Under the pieces are notes generated by a model. It ran no database searches. It worked only from the letters and a program-made list of their open reading frames with translations, and was not told the origin of the DNA. Both the position numbers and the translations under genes were made by a program. Shown piece by piece: positions 63,327 to 64,000 of a DNA stretch of 64,000 nucleotides. The DNA is from Diadema antillarum (Eukaryota), in assembly GCF_040938485.1 (NCBI RefSeq), contig NW_027271825.1:62001-126000 (forward strand), given 5' to 3'. The stretch's first letter is position 1. The number at the start of each line of letters is the position of its first letter.

Positions 63327-64000
63327 GTGAGTTCGATTTTCCCTTCCTTCTCTTCTTTTCCTTTTTTTCTCCTTGCTCGTGATTCGATGTCGATCGTTGA
63401 ATCGTAGTCATCACGCGCCAATTAATTTTGAGCGGGCAACTGAGGCGCGGTAAACAAAGTGCGGACGAAGAGGCAATCTTACCGTCAAACGTTTCCGTGG
63501 GAAGTTCATTCAGCCCTCCTCCTCGCTTTGGACAGGAATACACCTGCCACATCAGTGTGGTGACCAAACATGAGAGAATGCTGAAAACGTTTTACCGAGG
63601 CAACACCATCGTTTAGCGAATAGCAGATTAATCTCACGAAAGATGTGCTTTCTTGGGATTTCCCCCTGCGATATTGCAATAACAATAGACTGAACCCCAT
63701 CATGCTGCAGCTTTCTAAAGATTAAATAAAAAATCCTCACGTGAAGTTCAGTTCATTTTCACAAACAGAGTACAATCGAAGCAGCAGTATGGCTATAGCT
63801 TAATTAAAATGGGACAGAAAAAAGAGAGAAAGATAGTAAATTTGATCGTTTGATTATAATTCCTTGAAAGAGTAGTGATGAAAACAAGAGATTATACAAA
63901 TTTCATTTATACAGATGGAGATGAATGAAATATTGAAGAAAACTCATACCCCAAGAATAGTAAAGCTGAAACAGTCACATAGTTAAATTAGGACAATTAT

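Noticed and set aside
63428-63616. 62-aa ORF as the next ROCO exon
   Set aside because: No good acceptor and no G4 (hydrophobic-VGT/NK/HxD) motif.
1-64000. CRISPR arrays, rRNA, snRNA, operons or autonomous transposases
   Set aside because: None seen: no spaced direct-repeat arrays, no recognisable rRNA/U-snRNA sequence and no intact transposase or RT ORF.

Overview
Eukaryotic, AT-rich, intron-rich genomic window, not prokaryotic (no operons, CRISPR or rRNA). An invertebrate deuterostome, probably an echinoderm, is an inference from gene content and repeat style only. Hand-splicing at GT-AG sites with phase checking gives four protein-coding genes. (1) CRELD1/2 homolog, minus strand, 5' part only, running off the left edge; its putative leader carries a spliced 81-codon upstream ORF. 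(2) An 827-aa whirlin/PDZD7/harmonin-family protein (HHD + 2 PDZ + disordered tail, 9 coding exons, minus). (3) A complete 518-aa HBP1 (AXH + HMG box, 7 coding exons, plus), head-to-head with gene 2. (4) The 5' part of a ROCO-family gene (cysteine-containing LRRs + Roc GTPase, plus), running off the right edge. Introns and spacers hold many MITEs (pogo/Tigger-, piggyBac-, PIF/Harbinger- and Kolobok-type ends), a tRNA-derived SINE, decayed CR1/L2 LINEs, microsatellites and three assembly gaps (2601-2772, 42945-43163, 43482-43612). The best candidates for something undescribed are the possibly bicistronic CRELD leader (81-aa microprotein), the LRR_CC-Roc ROCO architecture with a divergent switch II, the truncated whirlin-like paralog and a putative spliced antisense unit at its 3' end. 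All homology calls come from remembered family motifs; no database search was run.
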